27,280 nucleotides of DNA from a virus (IMGVR_UViG_3300044988_000111:1-27280); one strand, 5' to 3'; shown: positions 1-9,586, numbered from the stretch's first letter. Notes: generated by a model from the sequence alone, not told the origin. Made by a program: numbers and translations.

Positions 1-233
1 TTAAAAGGTTTAGGTGGAATGAAAGCATCTCTTGTTTGATCGTAAGTAAAACCAATACCAGCAAAGTTTTTTCTAATATTTCCATTGTATGAAGTTTGTT
101 TCCAAACATCTCTAGTGTTGTAAAGTCTATTAATAAAATCTACTCCAGCTTGTTCAGTAGTTGCAATATCATTAGATACTACAATTACTTGTTCAACTAT
201 ATTTCCTGTTCCTAGTTTTGCAAAGTGTGCCAT
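1..233 (-). CDS. Conserved phage 'MAHFA' protein, probably tail-fibre associated (3'-truncated by window edge)
   Basis: Hand translation MAHFAKLGTGNIVEQVIVVSNDIATTEQAGVDFINRLYNTRDVWKQTSYNGNIRKNFAGIGFTYDQTRDAFIPPKPF; TAATG overlap with the upstream gene; this family typically follows Gly-rich fibre genes. Confidence 0.8.
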   Translation of the reverse strand, partial: MAHFAKLGTGNIVEQVIVVSNDIATTEQAGVDFINRLYNTRDVWKQTSYNGNIRKNFAGIGFTYDQTRDAFIPPKPF

Positions 234-1498
234 TATGCTGTGTAACTCCCTGATGCGTTAAATACTAATATTGTATCTGAACCTGATGTAGAAACTGTAG
301 GTGAACCAGTTGTAGTTCCTGAATAGTTAGCAGTTGCCATACGAAGTATTACAACTCCTGAGCCACCACTTCCTCCATTTCCTCCACCAGGTGTTCCACC
401 ATTTCCTCCACCGCCACCACCGCCTGTATTTACTGTACCATTACCTGCAACTGTAGAACTTTGAACACCTCCTGTACCACCTCCACCAGTGCCAGCATCT
501 TTTGTACCTGATCTTGAACCACCTGAACCTCCACCGCCTCTATCAACAGCAGAACCAGTTATAGAAGATGATAAGCCATCTCCACCAAATCCTGCTCCAT
601 CTGTGTTTCCAGCTTCAGCAGCTCCACCTCCTCCACCACCAATAGTACCTGAAGTTGTTCCAACACCACCATTAAAACCTTGATTAGCTGTTCCATTTCC
701 ACCTGCATCAGCATTTAAGTAATTGCCACCACCACCAGAACCACCATTTCCACCAGTTGATTCGCTTGGTCTTGAACCTCCTCCTCCACCTCCTGAAGAT
801 GTAATTGTTGTAATTCCTGTTCCTGAAATTGAACTATTAACTCCTACTACACCTCTTGCAGAACCACTAGTAGCACCAGCACCTCCTCCTCCTACTGTAA
901 CTGTATAAACTGTTCCTATTGTAAATGATAAACTTGCTTCTGAACTTCCTCCTCCACCAGATGTTTCTGTTGAATATGAATTTCTATATCCTCCTGCACC
1001 ACCTGCTCCTGCATCATCAAATCCACCACCTCCTCCTCCAGCTATTACTAAAAAATCTACTGAATATGATGTTGGAGATAAAGCATCTGTTCCTTCATTT
1101 ATACCAGATGAAGCTAACCAACCTTGTGTTGAATCTATATATGTTAATGTTGCACCTTCTCTTTCACCTGTTAATCTTAAATTATCTGTTCCACCTTCTA
1201 TTTTATTTCCATTAGGATTAATTGTTAAAGCATTTGTGTCAAAAGTTCCTGCGTAATCTAATAATATAATTGTATCTCCAACAGAAGGAGTTGCAGGAAG
1301 TGTTACTGTGAAAGCAGCTGAAGTTGTGTTACAAGGATAACCTCTACCAGCAACAGCAGTAAAACCAGTTGTTTGAACTGATTGCCAAGTAATTAATCCT
1401 GATATTCCAGAAGCTAAATCAGCAGCACTAATAATACCATTAGGTATATCGTCTGATGTTAAAGGTGCATTGGTAGGTTTTCTTCCGACAAATCCCAT
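233..1498 (-). CDS. Glycine-rich tail fibre/virion protein
   Basis: 421 aa; N-terminal 'TVTLPATPSVGD..YIDSTQGW' module then 'VDFLVIAGGGGGG...GGSGVVILR' Gly-rich domain common in aquatic phage fibres; AGGA RBS. Confidence 0.8.
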   Translation of the reverse strand: MGFVGRKPTNAPLTSDDIPNGIISAADLASGISGLITWQSVQTTGFTAVAGRGYPCNTTSAAFTVTLPATPSVGDTIILLDYAGTFDTNALTINPNGNKIEGGTDNLRLTGEREGATLTYIDSTQGWLASSGINEGTDALSPTSYSVDFLVIAGGGGGGFDDAGAGGAGGYRNSYSTETSGGGGSSEASLSFTIGTVYTVTVGGGGAGATSGSARGVVGVNSSISGTGITTITSSGGGGGGSRPSESTGGNGGSGGGGNYLNADAGGNGTANQGFNGGVGTTSGTIGGGGGGAAEAGNTDGAGFGGDGLSSSITGSAVDRGGGGSGGSRSGTKDAGTGGGGTGGVQSSTVAGNGTVNTGGGGGGGNGGTPGGGNGGSGGSGVVILRMATANYSGTTTGSPTVSTSGSDTILVFNASGSYTA

Positions 1499-1509
1499 AT
1501 TTTTATTTC

Positions 1510-1836
1510 CTATGAACTAATATCGTCAACTGTTGATACCCAAATATCTAATGATGAAGCTGCACTTGATACAACTTTTAAAGCATCACCAGATTGAACA
1601 ACAAATTTAGCTCCACCATCAAGAACTTGTAAAGCAGAACCTGCTGGGATTGGAGCATCTTTGACTAAATAAATATCGTTTGTGCCATCGTTAATATAAA
1701 CTGATGCAGTAACTGCAGATGCTGTAACATTCGCTACAGATATTCCCACAACTGTATCATAACTATTTGCTGTAAATAATGTTGCTGCTGATACTCCAAC
1801 ATCATTACTTGTAAATCTTCTAAAATTTTGTGCCAT
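1510..1836 (-). CDS. Conserved virion-associated protein (108 aa)
   Basis: Beta-rich small protein in tail operon with AGGA RBS. Confidence 0.7.
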   Translation of the reverse strand: MAQNFRRFTSNDVGVSAATLFTANSYDTVVGISVANVTASAVTASVYINDGTNDIYLVKDAPIPAGSALQVLDGGAKFVVQSGDALKVVSSAASSLDIWVSTVDDISS

Positions 1837-1851
1837 ATTTTATTTCCTATG

Positions 1852-2256
1852 TTAATTTCTACTGTTGTTTAAATATTTAATTGCATTATTTAATAAGTCA
1901 ATGTTATCTTTTAACAAACCTATTCCGGTATTGCAATCACTACATAACAAACCTCTAATTTTACTTGTAGTATGACAATGATCTACTGCAAATGCTCTTA
2001 GTTTTTTTCTGTAATACCCATTATTATCTACTCCGCAAATTGAACACTTACCATTTTGCTTGGTTAATAATTCATTATAATCTTGTAAAGATATTCCGTA
2101 TGCTTTTTGTAATTTACTATTTTTATCTATTTTGTAATCGTAAATATTATAACACTCTTTACATTTTGATGTAGTTTTAAATTTACCTAACTTGTTTTTA
2201 TAAAATTTAATTAATGGATAAGTATTTTTACAAGAAGTACATTCTCTTTGTTGCAT
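1852..2256 (-). CDS. Endonuclease VII-family (probable free-standing homing) endonuclease
   Basis: CSICG...AVDHCHTTSKIRGLLCSDCNTGIG motif of the T4 endonuclease VII family; N-terminal CxxC/CxxC; Lys-rich composition unlike flanking tail genes. Confidence 0.88.
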   Translation of the reverse strand: MQQRECTSCKNTYPLIKFYKNKLGKFKTTSKCKECYNIYDYKIDKNSKLQKAYGISLQDYNELLTKQNGKCSICGVDNNGYYRKKLRAFAVDHCHTTSKIRGLLCSDCNTGIGLLKDNIDLLNNAIKYLNNSRN

Positions 2257-2259
2257 AAC

Positions 2260-3951
2260 TCAGAGAGCTATACTCATAGCAATAGCAAAACCTGCTCCTG
2301 CTTTGTTGTCTATTTGAGTTTGAATAGCTGAAGTTACACCATTCAAATAACCAAATTCTGTATTATCTACTGTACCTGTTCCAATTTTAGTAGCAGCTAT
2401 TGAATTAACTGCAATGTTAATTGTTCCAGATGCTGTTACCGGTGAGTTAGTTACTGTAAATTCTGAAGATCCTGCATCAGCTAAACCTACGGAAGTTACT
2501 GTTCCGCCTGAGCTTGGAAATACTTGTGTATATGAAATTGAACTAGAACCAAGTGTAGCACTTGTGTCTGTAGTGCATAAAAATAAATCGTCAGCATGAG
2601 TAGAACCCTCTGATACTAAAATTAATTGTCCAGCTAATTCTGATATTGTGTCATATTCTGTATCTCTTGAAGCAGCACCTGAAGCTACAACAGTATATAA
2701 ACCATTTTGAGATGCAGTAGATTGATCTTTTAATAAAACTCTATTTCCTGTTACTAATGTAATACCATCTAATGTATCACCGTTTTCTAATCCAGAAGAT
2801 ATAGCTACGTTAGTAGTAGAAGCAACTCTTGCAACAGCTCTTGTTCTAAGTCCAGCAACTAAATTATCAACATAGTTTTTAGTAGCGGCTTCAGATGTAG
2901 ATGAAGGATCACCTAATCCTGTAATTGTTCCACCAGTTACAGCAACGTTATTTGCATTTTGAGTTGCAATAGTTCCTAATCCTAAATTAGTTCTTGCAGT
3001 AGATGTAGAAGATACATCTGATAAATTATTTGAATTTGTTAGTTTAGTTCCTAATTGAGTTTGAACTGCAGAAGTTACTCCACTTAAATATCCTAGTTCT
3101 GTGTCAGTAGTTGCAGATACTGCAATCTTTGAAGATGAGTTAGATATAACTGCTCTTGAAGCTGTTAAAGATTCTGTATCAATTGTAGTTGCTGATCCAG
3201 TAATCGTTGCTTGCTTTGCATCTAATTGAGTTTGAATAGCACTTGTTACTCCAGATACATAACCTAATTCTGTAGATGTAACTGTAGTTACAGCAACCTT
3301 ACCAGAAGCATTTGAAGCTAAAGCTCTGCTTGCTGTTAAATCTGCTGATGTAATTGTAGTAGCGCCACCTGTAATTGTAGCTTCTTTAGTATTTAATTGT
3401 GTTTGTATTGCAGAAGTAACTCCGTCAAGATAACTGAATTCTGTATTTGAAACTGCACCGCCACCGATTTTAGCTGCGTCAATTGCTGCTGATGCAGAAA
3501 TCTTAGCATTAGTAATTACTAGTTCTGGTATTGAATCATTTGTTTTAGATAAAGCACCAAGATAAATTGTAATAGTTTCATTAGATAATGAACCACTATC
3601 CCAAGTTACTGTTACAGTTGTGTTAGTTGAAAATGTAGTTGCACTAATTGTTCCGTAAATAGTTCCTGTAGAAGAACCGATTGCTTTAACTCTACGACCA
3701 ACATGATAAAAGCTTGTAACGTCTGCACTTGATACTGTGAATGAAGTTGATGAAGCATAAGTAATTGTAAATGTACTATCTCCGTCTCCATAAATAACCC
3801 ATTGAGAATCATTATACCATTCTCTAATATCAGCTGTTAGACCTCTAAATGCGTTATTGATATTTGAAGGTAACATTCCTTCAGCAATACTAATTCCACC
3901 TATTGATGTATTACTACCTGCTGTTGAACTATAATCTTTTATTCCTGCCAT
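2260..3951 (-). CDS. Tail fibre protein
   Basis: 563 aa Ser/Thr-rich; repeated GVTSAIQTQL motifs; 'AATKNYVD' and 'RVLLKDQS..QNGLY' fibre modules; GGAG RBS. Confidence 0.8.
   Translation of the reverse strand: MAGIKDYSSTAGSNTSIGGISIAEGMLPSNINNAFRGLTADIREWYNDSQWVIYGDGDSTFTITYASSTSFTVSSADVTSFYHVGRRVKAIGSSTGTIYGTISATTFSTNTTVTVTWDSGSLSNETITIYLGALSKTNDSIPELVITNAKISASAAIDAAKIGGGAVSNTEFSYLDGVTSAIQTQLNTKEATITGGATTITSADLTASRALASNASGKVAVTTVTSTELGYVSGVTSAIQTQLDAKQATITGSATTIDTESLTASRAVISNSSSKIAVSATTDTELGYLSGVTSAVQTQLGTKLTNSNNLSDVSSTSTARTNLGLGTIATQNANNVAVTGGTITGLGDPSSTSEAATKNYVDNLVAGLRTRAVARVASTTNVAISSGLENGDTLDGITLVTGNRVLLKDQSTASQNGLYTVVASGAASRDTEYDTISELAGQLILVSEGSTHADDLFLCTTDTSATLGSSSISYTQVFPSSGGTVTSVGLADAGSSEFTVTNSPVTASGTINIAVNSIAATKIGTGTVDNTEFGYLNGVTSAIQTQIDNKAGAGFAIAMSIAL
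2311..3444 (-). repeat. Four TE(F/L)xY(L/V)xGVTSA(I/V)QTQ(L/I) repeats in the tail fibre
   Basis: Copies at about 3394-3444, 3223-3273, 3052-3102 (171-nt period) and 2311-2361. Confidence 0.85.
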
Positions 3952-3952
3952 A

Positions 3953-4108
3953 TTAATCTCCTAAGAACCATGAGAAAACTTTATCGTTTTCTGTATTAAA
4001 TTTATTTATATATGTATTTACCGCTTCTTCAATCTGTCTTTGAAAATATTCTTGTGTCTCAAATGAATACCTAACATTATCTATATCTTTTTCAATAACA
4101 TCTACCAT
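3953..4108 (-). CDS. Small hypothetical virion protein (51 aa)
   Basis: MVDVIEKDIDNVRYSFETQEYFQRQIEEAVNTYINKFNTENDKVFSWFLGD; fills the gap, TAATG overlap with upstream gene. Confidence 0.75.
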   Translation of the reverse strand: MVDVIEKDIDNVRYSFETQEYFQRQIEEAVNTYINKFNTENDKVFSWFLGD

Positions 4109-5574
4109 TATCTATATCCTGCTTTACTTGCAACAAAATCTACACCTTGTGCATTATGCCAATTTGTACCTGAAGCAACTTTAATATTAGCTCTAACATA
4201 TCTTCCTGATTTTCTTACAGGATTAATACCACTATTTGTCATAGTAGATACACTAGATTGTGTAATATCATCTGCAAGACGCTCTCTTGTTTTAAGAGTA
4301 ACTGTTGCTGTAGCATCTACTACTGGTCTTACACCAGTTATGTTTGCTCTTGCTCCTGGAAATATTTCAAACTCTGATGTTTCTATTTCTGCTTCTAATT
4401 GATTTCCAGAAAAGATAGCAGCTTTATAGTTACTATCAATTGCACCTAAATACAACTGTCCACCAGACCAGAAATCTGTGTCTAATGCAATGTTAATATC
4501 ATCTAAGTCTTGAGATATAATATCCATTAACTCAACTGTATAAGCGCCAACGAACTGAGAAAATATTTGGCTAGCACTAACTTCTGCTAAAGACCATTTC
4601 TGAGTTGCATAATTATAAATTAAAATTCTATCACAAATACCAGTTGTATTATTTGTATTGTTAGATGATGGATATAACCACATCGCTAATTGATTAAATG
4701 GATCTACTGTTGCAACAATTCTATCTGTGTATGCTTTGTTTAAATTGCCATCAAAAAATCTATTAACTTTTTCAGCTCCAATAGCAATTACGTTATCACC
4801 ATCTATTTGAAAAAATCCGTCATCAGCATAAAAGAATACTCTTCTATTATCTTGACAAATAGTTTTTCCATAAACTGCACCTCTGTTTGGAGATATAACT
4901 GATAATCTAAATACAGTTGCACCACCTACATAGTCCATACGAATAATTTGGTTTTGTCTAAATACATAACCAATTTCCCCTGATGTAATTCCAACAACTC
5001 TTCCGCCTGAACCTGGTAAATCTTGAAAATCTGCAGACTTTGAACCTTCTGTCCAAGTTGAAATATCATTTATTCCAGACCATTGAATTCTATTTGTTGC
5101 ACCAGATATGTTTCCTGTAACTAAAAAATCTCTAATAACTCCTGACATTCTAAATAGAGGTGGAGTTCCATCTGTAGCAATAGTTGATAAAGCAGCAAAG
5201 TTTGTAGATGTTCCCATTAAATAATATTGAGGAGCGTCTATTCCATTACTTGCTATAATGTAATTTCCAAATTGTGTGAATGTCCAGAAATCTGTATTGC
5301 CACCAGTTAAAGAACCTTTTCTTGATGTAAATGTTCCTGAATCTAATTGGTAAATATTAGTATTAGTTGCAACAAAGTTATAAACAGTATTAGTATTATC
5401 TCTGAATGACCCAGCACCCCTAGCATTTGATGAAATCGTATTTGAGCTGTAAGCAACCAAACTTTTAAATGGTTTGTAACCTTGTAAAGCATAATAAACA
5501 TTCTTAGCAACGTTTGCACCTGGATTCAAGTGTTCTGGTTGATCTGGTAACCATTCACCAAAAGGTACTTGCAT
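4108..5574 (-). CDS. Putative tail nozzle / tail tubular protein B-like
   Basis: 488 aa beta-propeller-like sequence; position after adaptor in podovirus order. Confidence 0.65.
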   Translation of the reverse strand: MQVPFGEWLPDQPEHLNPGANVAKNVYYALQGYKPFKSLVAYSSNTISSNARGAGSFRDNTNTVYNFVATNTNIYQLDSGTFTSRKGSLTGGNTDFWTFTQFGNYIIASNGIDAPQYYLMGTSTNFAALSTIATDGTPPLFRMSGVIRDFLVTGNISGATNRIQWSGINDISTWTEGSKSADFQDLPGSGGRVVGITSGEIGYVFRQNQIIRMDYVGGATVFRLSVISPNRGAVYGKTICQDNRRVFFYADDGFFQIDGDNVIAIGAEKVNRFFDGNLNKAYTDRIVATVDPFNQLAMWLYPSSNNTNNTTGICDRILIYNYATQKWSLAEVSASQIFSQFVGAYTVELMDIISQDLDDINIALDTDFWSGGQLYLGAIDSNYKAAIFSGNQLEAEIETSEFEIFPGARANITGVRPVVDATATVTLKTRERLADDITQSSVSTMTNSGINPVRKSGRYVRANIKVASGTNWHNAQGVDFVASKAGYR

Positions 5575-5579
5575 ATTGA

Positions 5580-6251
5580 TTATTCTGTTATTGTTGTAAC
5601 GTATCTTCTTGTAAATGGAGAAGCTACTGTAACATCTGATCTAATTTGTAATGGTGATCCAGAATAAGCATCTTCTCTATCATTTAATTCAATTCTTTCT
5701 AAAGCTGTTTGATACATTTGCGACCATTGTTGAACTTGATTAGGATCAAATCCACCTAAAAAATTAGCGGCATGAAATAAACTACCGTATAAATAAACAG
5801 CAGGGTGATCTGCTAAAATATAATTAGAAGTATTACTTGAAGTTAATGGATCAAATTTTTTATAATAATTTAATATTCCTGAATAAGTTGAATCTGGTCT
5901 TGGAGCAAATCTAAATGTTGAACCTAATATTGTGTATGAACTTGGAACTCCTGTTGTTGAAGATGCTTTAACTGCATCCATTTGTGCAGGTGAAATAAAA
6001 GTCATTGGGAACTTTGCCCCATTACTTAAAATATAAAAATCTCTTACTTGTAAAAATCCTGTTGGAACGGTTTCTGTTTCAGCGTCAATTGTAATTGTAG
6101 TTTGCGCATGCATCTGACGTATTCTTAATTTAGCATTTAAGTCTGCTTCAGTAAGAACAATAAAATCATCTGATATTTCAGAAGTTAAATCTGATCTATT
6201 TAACCAATTGGCAATTGTTGTTTTTAATTCTGTATATGTACTTAAAGCCAT
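5580..6251 (-). CDS. Head-tail adaptor (tail tubular protein A-like)
   Basis: 'TYTELKTTIANWLNRSDL...FIVLTEADLN..LR' and 'HPAVYLYGSL' adaptor-type motifs; synteny. Confidence 0.75.
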   Translation of the reverse strand: MALSTYTELKTTIANWLNRSDLTSEISDDFIVLTEADLNAKLRIRQMHAQTTITIDAETETVPTGFLQVRDFYILSNGAKFPMTFISPAQMDAVKASSTTGVPSSYTILGSTFRFAPRPDSTYSGILNYYKKFDPLTSSNTSNYILADHPAVYLYGSLFHAANFLGGFDPNQVQQWSQMYQTALERIELNDREDAYSGSPLQIRSDVTVASPFTRRYVTTITE

Positions 6252-6577
6252 TATAATCTACCTGGTGCTGTTCTAAACATTTGAAATTCAGAACTGTTTA
6301 ATTTTTTTTTTAGTATTTTCTTTTGAACATCAGAAGGCAAAGCAAACCAATTTGAATTACCATTGTATTCTTTTGACCAAATTTCTAAAACTAACGTTGG
6401 AATAGAAGCAACTCTTTTTAAATCTTTAGACTTAGAGTAACCATTGTTATGAGAGTATAATTTTTTATTATGCTCAACAATAGGTTTGTAATCTATATTT
6501 CTTTCAATAACAACTTTATCACTATCTGAGTGATAAGTAGTTGTCATTAAACCATCTTTCTCAACTATCTTACTCAT
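6251..6577 (-). CDS. Conserved hypothetical protein (108 aa)
   Basis: 'RVASIP...E.W' and C-terminal 'FRTAPGRL'; TAATG coupling to adaptor gene. Confidence 0.75.
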   Translation of the reverse strand: MSKIVEKDGLMTTTYHSDSDKVVIERNIDYKPIVEHNKKLYSHNNGYSKSKDLKRVASIPTLVLEIWSKEYNGNSNWFALPSDVQKKILKKKLNSSEFQMFRTAPGRL

Positions 6578-6603
6578 AGTCTAACTTATCTAAATGTATT
6601 TTA

Positions 6604-6894
6604 TTACTTAGACATTTGACTAACAGAAGCAGTTCCGCCAGAAGATACTTGTATAAAGCTAATTTTCTGACCTGGATTTACTCTGATAATCTCAATTACG
6701 TTAGCTGGTAAATATGTATCACTAGAAGTCGCTGTTGGTGCAGCAGCTAATTTATAGTAGCAAGCTGTAGTTGCAGCAATTCTTATGTGATGTATTCCAG
6801 AAGCAAACGCAGCGCTAACCGCAGCTGTTCCTGTGTAAGCAACGTTTTCATTTGATACAACTGCAAAAGCTGGATCTGTGCTATTACCTGACAT
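6604..6894 (-). CDS. Small structural protein (96 aa)
   Basis: Ala/Ser-rich beta protein, GAGGAG RBS. Confidence 0.7.
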   Translation of the reverse strand: MSGNSTDPAFAVVSNENVAYTGTAAVSAAFASGIHHIRIAATTACYYKLAAAPTATSSDTYLPANVIEIIRVNPGQKISFIQVSSGGTASVSQMSK

Positions 6895-7058
6895 TATTCG
6901 TTCTCCTCATCTTCATCGTTAATATTTGTGTCAATATCATCATCGTCTTGACAATTTTCACACACCTTGTTTGATTGTTCGTATCTTAAATCTTCTAAGA
7001 GATCAATGATACTATCAATTCTATCATCTAAATTTAATTGTTTTTTCTTTTTAATCAT
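6894..7058 (-). CDS. Small acidic CxxC protein (54 aa)
   Basis: MIKKKKQLNLDDRIDSIIDLLEDLRYEQSNKVCENCQDDDDIDTNINDEDEENE; GGAG RBS; TAATG overlap downstream. Confidence 0.7.
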   Translation of the reverse strand: MIKKKKQLNLDDRIDSIIDLLEDLRYEQSNKVCENCQDDDDIDTNINDEDEENE

Positions 7059-7077
7059 TTTTTTCTCCGTAGTTAAA

Positions 7078-7097
7078 TGGGGATATTGCTATCCCCA
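7078..7097 (-). terminator. Hairpin/weak intrinsic terminator with GCAA tetraloop
   Basis: Minus strand TGGGGATA-GCAA-TATCCCCA followed by TTTAACT. Confidence 0.65.
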
Positions 7098-7103
7098 CTA
7101 TAA

Positions 7104-7451
7104 TTATCGTCTAATGATAACAGTTATGTCTAATGGTTGAGTCGTAGATGACGCACCGTCAGAAGTAATTGTTATGTATTGACCCTCAGTAACATTGTTA
7201 TTAGCTGTTGGTTCAGCAATATCAACGTCTCCAGCAGCAGATCCTGAGTGAGCAACTGTAAATCCACCACCTGTTACAGTAGTTCCATTTATAGCAGTTG
7301 TTACAGCAGCATTAGCTCCTGTGATTGCTCCACCTAATACAGAAATAATTTCAATAATTTTTCCATCATCAGGTACAGCAATGTTAACTGAACTAGCAGC
7401 AGACACATCGTCTAATCTAGCAGTTAAAAAGTAGTCATTAAGTGTTCTCAT
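7104..7451 (-). CDS. Putative capsid decoration/minor capsid protein (115 aa)
   Basis: Directly after MCP, small beta-rich, AAGGA RBS; function inferred from position. Confidence 0.55.
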   Translation of the reverse strand: MRTLNDYFLTARLDDVSAASSVNIAVPDDGKIIEIISVLGGAITGANAAVTTAINGTTVTGGGFTVAHSGSAAGDVDIAEPTANNNVTEGQYITITSDGASSTTQPLDITVIIRR

Positions 7452-7514
7452 TTTTTTTTCCTTGTTTGCTTCGTTCCGTCTTTAGACTTCAAAGACCAAA
7501 CTAAGTTAAGTTAG

Positions 7515-7542
7515 ATATAGGGGAGAATAATCCCCCCTATAT
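7515..7542 (-). terminator. Stem-loop after major capsid gene
   Basis: Minus strand ATATAGGGGGGA-TTAT-TCTCCCCTATAT, 12 bp with one G.U; T-tract only on the plus side. Confidence 0.6.
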
Positions 7543-7552
7543 TTTTGGGTTA

Positions 7553-8497
7553 TTATGACGTTGTTAAGTCAGCAATAATTCCTGAACCAGATTCTTGTCT
7601 AGATTCAAGAGTATATTCCACTAACAAGAATTGTTTCATAGCATCACCAGTTTTTGCTAAATCTTCTAAAGAGAAATCTCTTAAGAAAGCTACAGCGAAA
7701 AGCTCTGGAGTTAATACGAAAGCATCTCTAGCTCTTTGGAATCTGTTTGGTGTTACTTGTAAAGCACCGAAATCAGATTCGTACACATCAACAGCAGCAA
7801 CTAATCTTTTGTTTTCAGCTGGGTCAAATCTTGTAGATCCACCTGTAAAACCAGAAAGTTTTTGTTTGTTGAAAGAACCAACCATAACCATTGAAGGGTC
7901 TCCACCGTTATCCCATACTGATTTGATAACAGTTTTTAGTTGATCTTCTGTGAACGCTCTTTGAGTTCCATCAGTTCTAGCATTTGTTCCAGAAGTTCCT
8001 GGAGCAGATCCGCCAGATCCAGCACTTTGGTTAGTTTTTAACCAAGATCCTAGTCCTGAAAGTTCTCTAGCTGTTGAGTCATCCCCAGCAACTTGAGCAT
8101 TATTGTCGCAAAGTGATGTTTCCATATCTCTTTTAAGCTCTTTTGAAGCTTTAGAAATTTGGTAAGCAAGCTCAGAATTTCTTCCAGCTTTGTTAACCAC
8201 TTCTAACGTTCCGGAAATGATAACAGATTTTGTAGAAATCTGAGTAACGTTTCCTCTTCTTGTTGTGCTAGACGGTGCAGAAAAAGATACTTCATCTCCT
8301 TCAATCTTAGCATTGTCTGCAGCAGCAGATGCTAATGTGTCTAGTTGCCATTCATGATTCACCGCAGTCGCTTTTGACTTTGCAATGCTTGACATGAAAG
8401 GCGTATCAGTTGGAGATATATTATAGATAATATCTGTAAGATCTTCTCTAAGTCCAACTGCATCATACTTACTATATGTGCCTGATACTTGTGCCAT
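7553..8497 (-). CDS. Major capsid protein (DUF5309/SU10-MCP-like, HK97 fold)
   Basis: 'GLREDLTDIIYNISPTDTPF', 'HEWQ.DTL', 'KELKRDME', 'VDVYESDFG' motifs; follows scaffold. Confidence 0.9.
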   Translation of the reverse strand: MAQVSGTYSKYDAVGLREDLTDIIYNISPTDTPFMSSIAKSKATAVNHEWQLDTLASAAADNAKIEGDEVSFSAPSSTTRRGNVTQISTKSVIISGTLEVVNKAGRNSELAYQISKASKELKRDMETSLCDNNAQVAGDDSTARELSGLGSWLKTNQSAGSGGSAPGTSGTNARTDGTQRAFTEDQLKTVIKSVWDNGGDPSMVMVGSFNKQKLSGFTGGSTRFDPAENKRLVAAVDVYESDFGALQVTPNRFQRARDAFVLTPELFAVAFLRDFSLEDLAKTGDAMKQFLLVEYTLESRQESGSGIIADLTTS

Positions 8498-8509
8498 GTT
8501 TATTTTTCC

Positions 8510-9586
8510 TTATTTTTTTTTGTTGGTTATAATGTCATAGAAGATGCTTGCGGCATCGTTGACATTGCCTGATTTTTTGAGACGACCCAACTTTTCTTTA
8601 CGCTTCTGAAAATTAATATCAGAGCTATCTTTTTTCACACCAGAAGATAAAAACTTACCTGGCTTAGATGCTTGCGCAGCTGAGAGAGGTTTAACGTTCT
8701 TCATATTTCTGTACTTTAAAGCATCATTCACTAGCATAACAATTCTATGGTCATAGATTTGTCCAACTTCAGAATCATTAAATCCGTAAGAATTTAAAAA
8801 ATTTCTTAAATTGTTTTTAATTGAACTAGCTTTTTGAGCATCAGTAAATTCTGGCATTTTTTGTGCCAAGATTCTTTGTTGCTCTTGTACGTATGAGTTC
8901 AGTTGTCTTTGTTGTTCCTGTTGTAACTTCTGAGCAGCTTCCATCATCTTATCCTTTTTAAGTCTAATTTGACGTTCTACTTTTGTAGCTTCAACTGGAT
9001 CTTCTTCATACAATTTATTCAGATCAACATTGTTGATTTCTGAATTTAATTGTTGTTGTGTAAAAGCAAGTATCTGATTTAATTCAGACAAACGTTTAGA
9101 ATAGTCTTGCCTTTGTTGATCCGTTTCAGACTGGAATTGCTTTTTTTCAAAAGATAATTCTTCTGTCTTTCTACGGTAATCAGCATCTCTGGAATAACCT
9201 TTTTTTAATTCATCTAAGGTAACCTTTAATTCTTGACCTGCTACTTTTACAGTAAAGGTGGAATCAGGTTCTTTCTGAATGTTATCTGTTTGTTCTTGAG
9301 ATACTTCAGTTTCAGAAACATCACTAGTCTCTTGTTCTGTTTCTGTTTGCGTTTCCTCTGTAACCTCAGGTTGATCTGTTTCAGATTCCTGATTTATTGG
9401 TTCTTCAGCAACGTCTTGTTGTTCTGTTTGAACTTGAGCTTCTTGCTCAACTTCAGTTTTTGCTTCTGGTTTTTTAACCTCAGCAATTTTTCCTGTTTGC
9501 GGATTAAGCAATCCAGAAATTGATTTTGCAGCTATCTGCACATCAGACGCAGCTCCCTTTGTGGGGTTAGCTTGGTACTCTGACAT
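8510..9586 (-). CDS. Capsid scaffolding protein
   Basis: Acidic disordered N-terminus, 'VTLDELKKGYSRDADYRRKTEEL', coiled coil, basic C-terminus; AAGGAG RBS. Confidence 0.85.
   Translation of the reverse strand: MSEYQANPTKGAASDVQIAAKSISGLLNPQTGKIAEVKKPEAKTEVEQEAQVQTEQQDVAEEPINQESETDQPEVTEETQTETEQETSDVSETEVSQEQTDNIQKEPDSTFTVKVAGQELKVTLDELKKGYSRDADYRRKTEELSFEKKQFQSETDQQRQDYSKRLSELNQILAFTQQQLNSEINNVDLNKLYEEDPVEATKVERQIRLKKDKMMEAAQKLQQEQQRQLNSYVQEQQRILAQKMPEFTDAQKASSIKNNLRNFLNSYGFNDSEVGQIYDHRIVMLVNDALKYRNMKNVKPLSAAQASKPGKFLSSGVKKDSSDINFQKRKEKLGRLKKSGNVNDAASIFYDIITNKKK

Noticed and set aside
489-1215. Plus-strand Pro-rich and Leu/His-rich ORFs (489-683, 723-908, 925-1215)
   Set aside because: Antisense shadows of GGN/GGA codon runs in the Gly-rich gene; no RBS
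8510-8521. Poly-A run at the scaffold stop as a possible scaffold-capsid frameshift fusion
   Set aside because: The frame that matches the capsid gene hits a stop before its ATG, and the other shifted frame stops soon after
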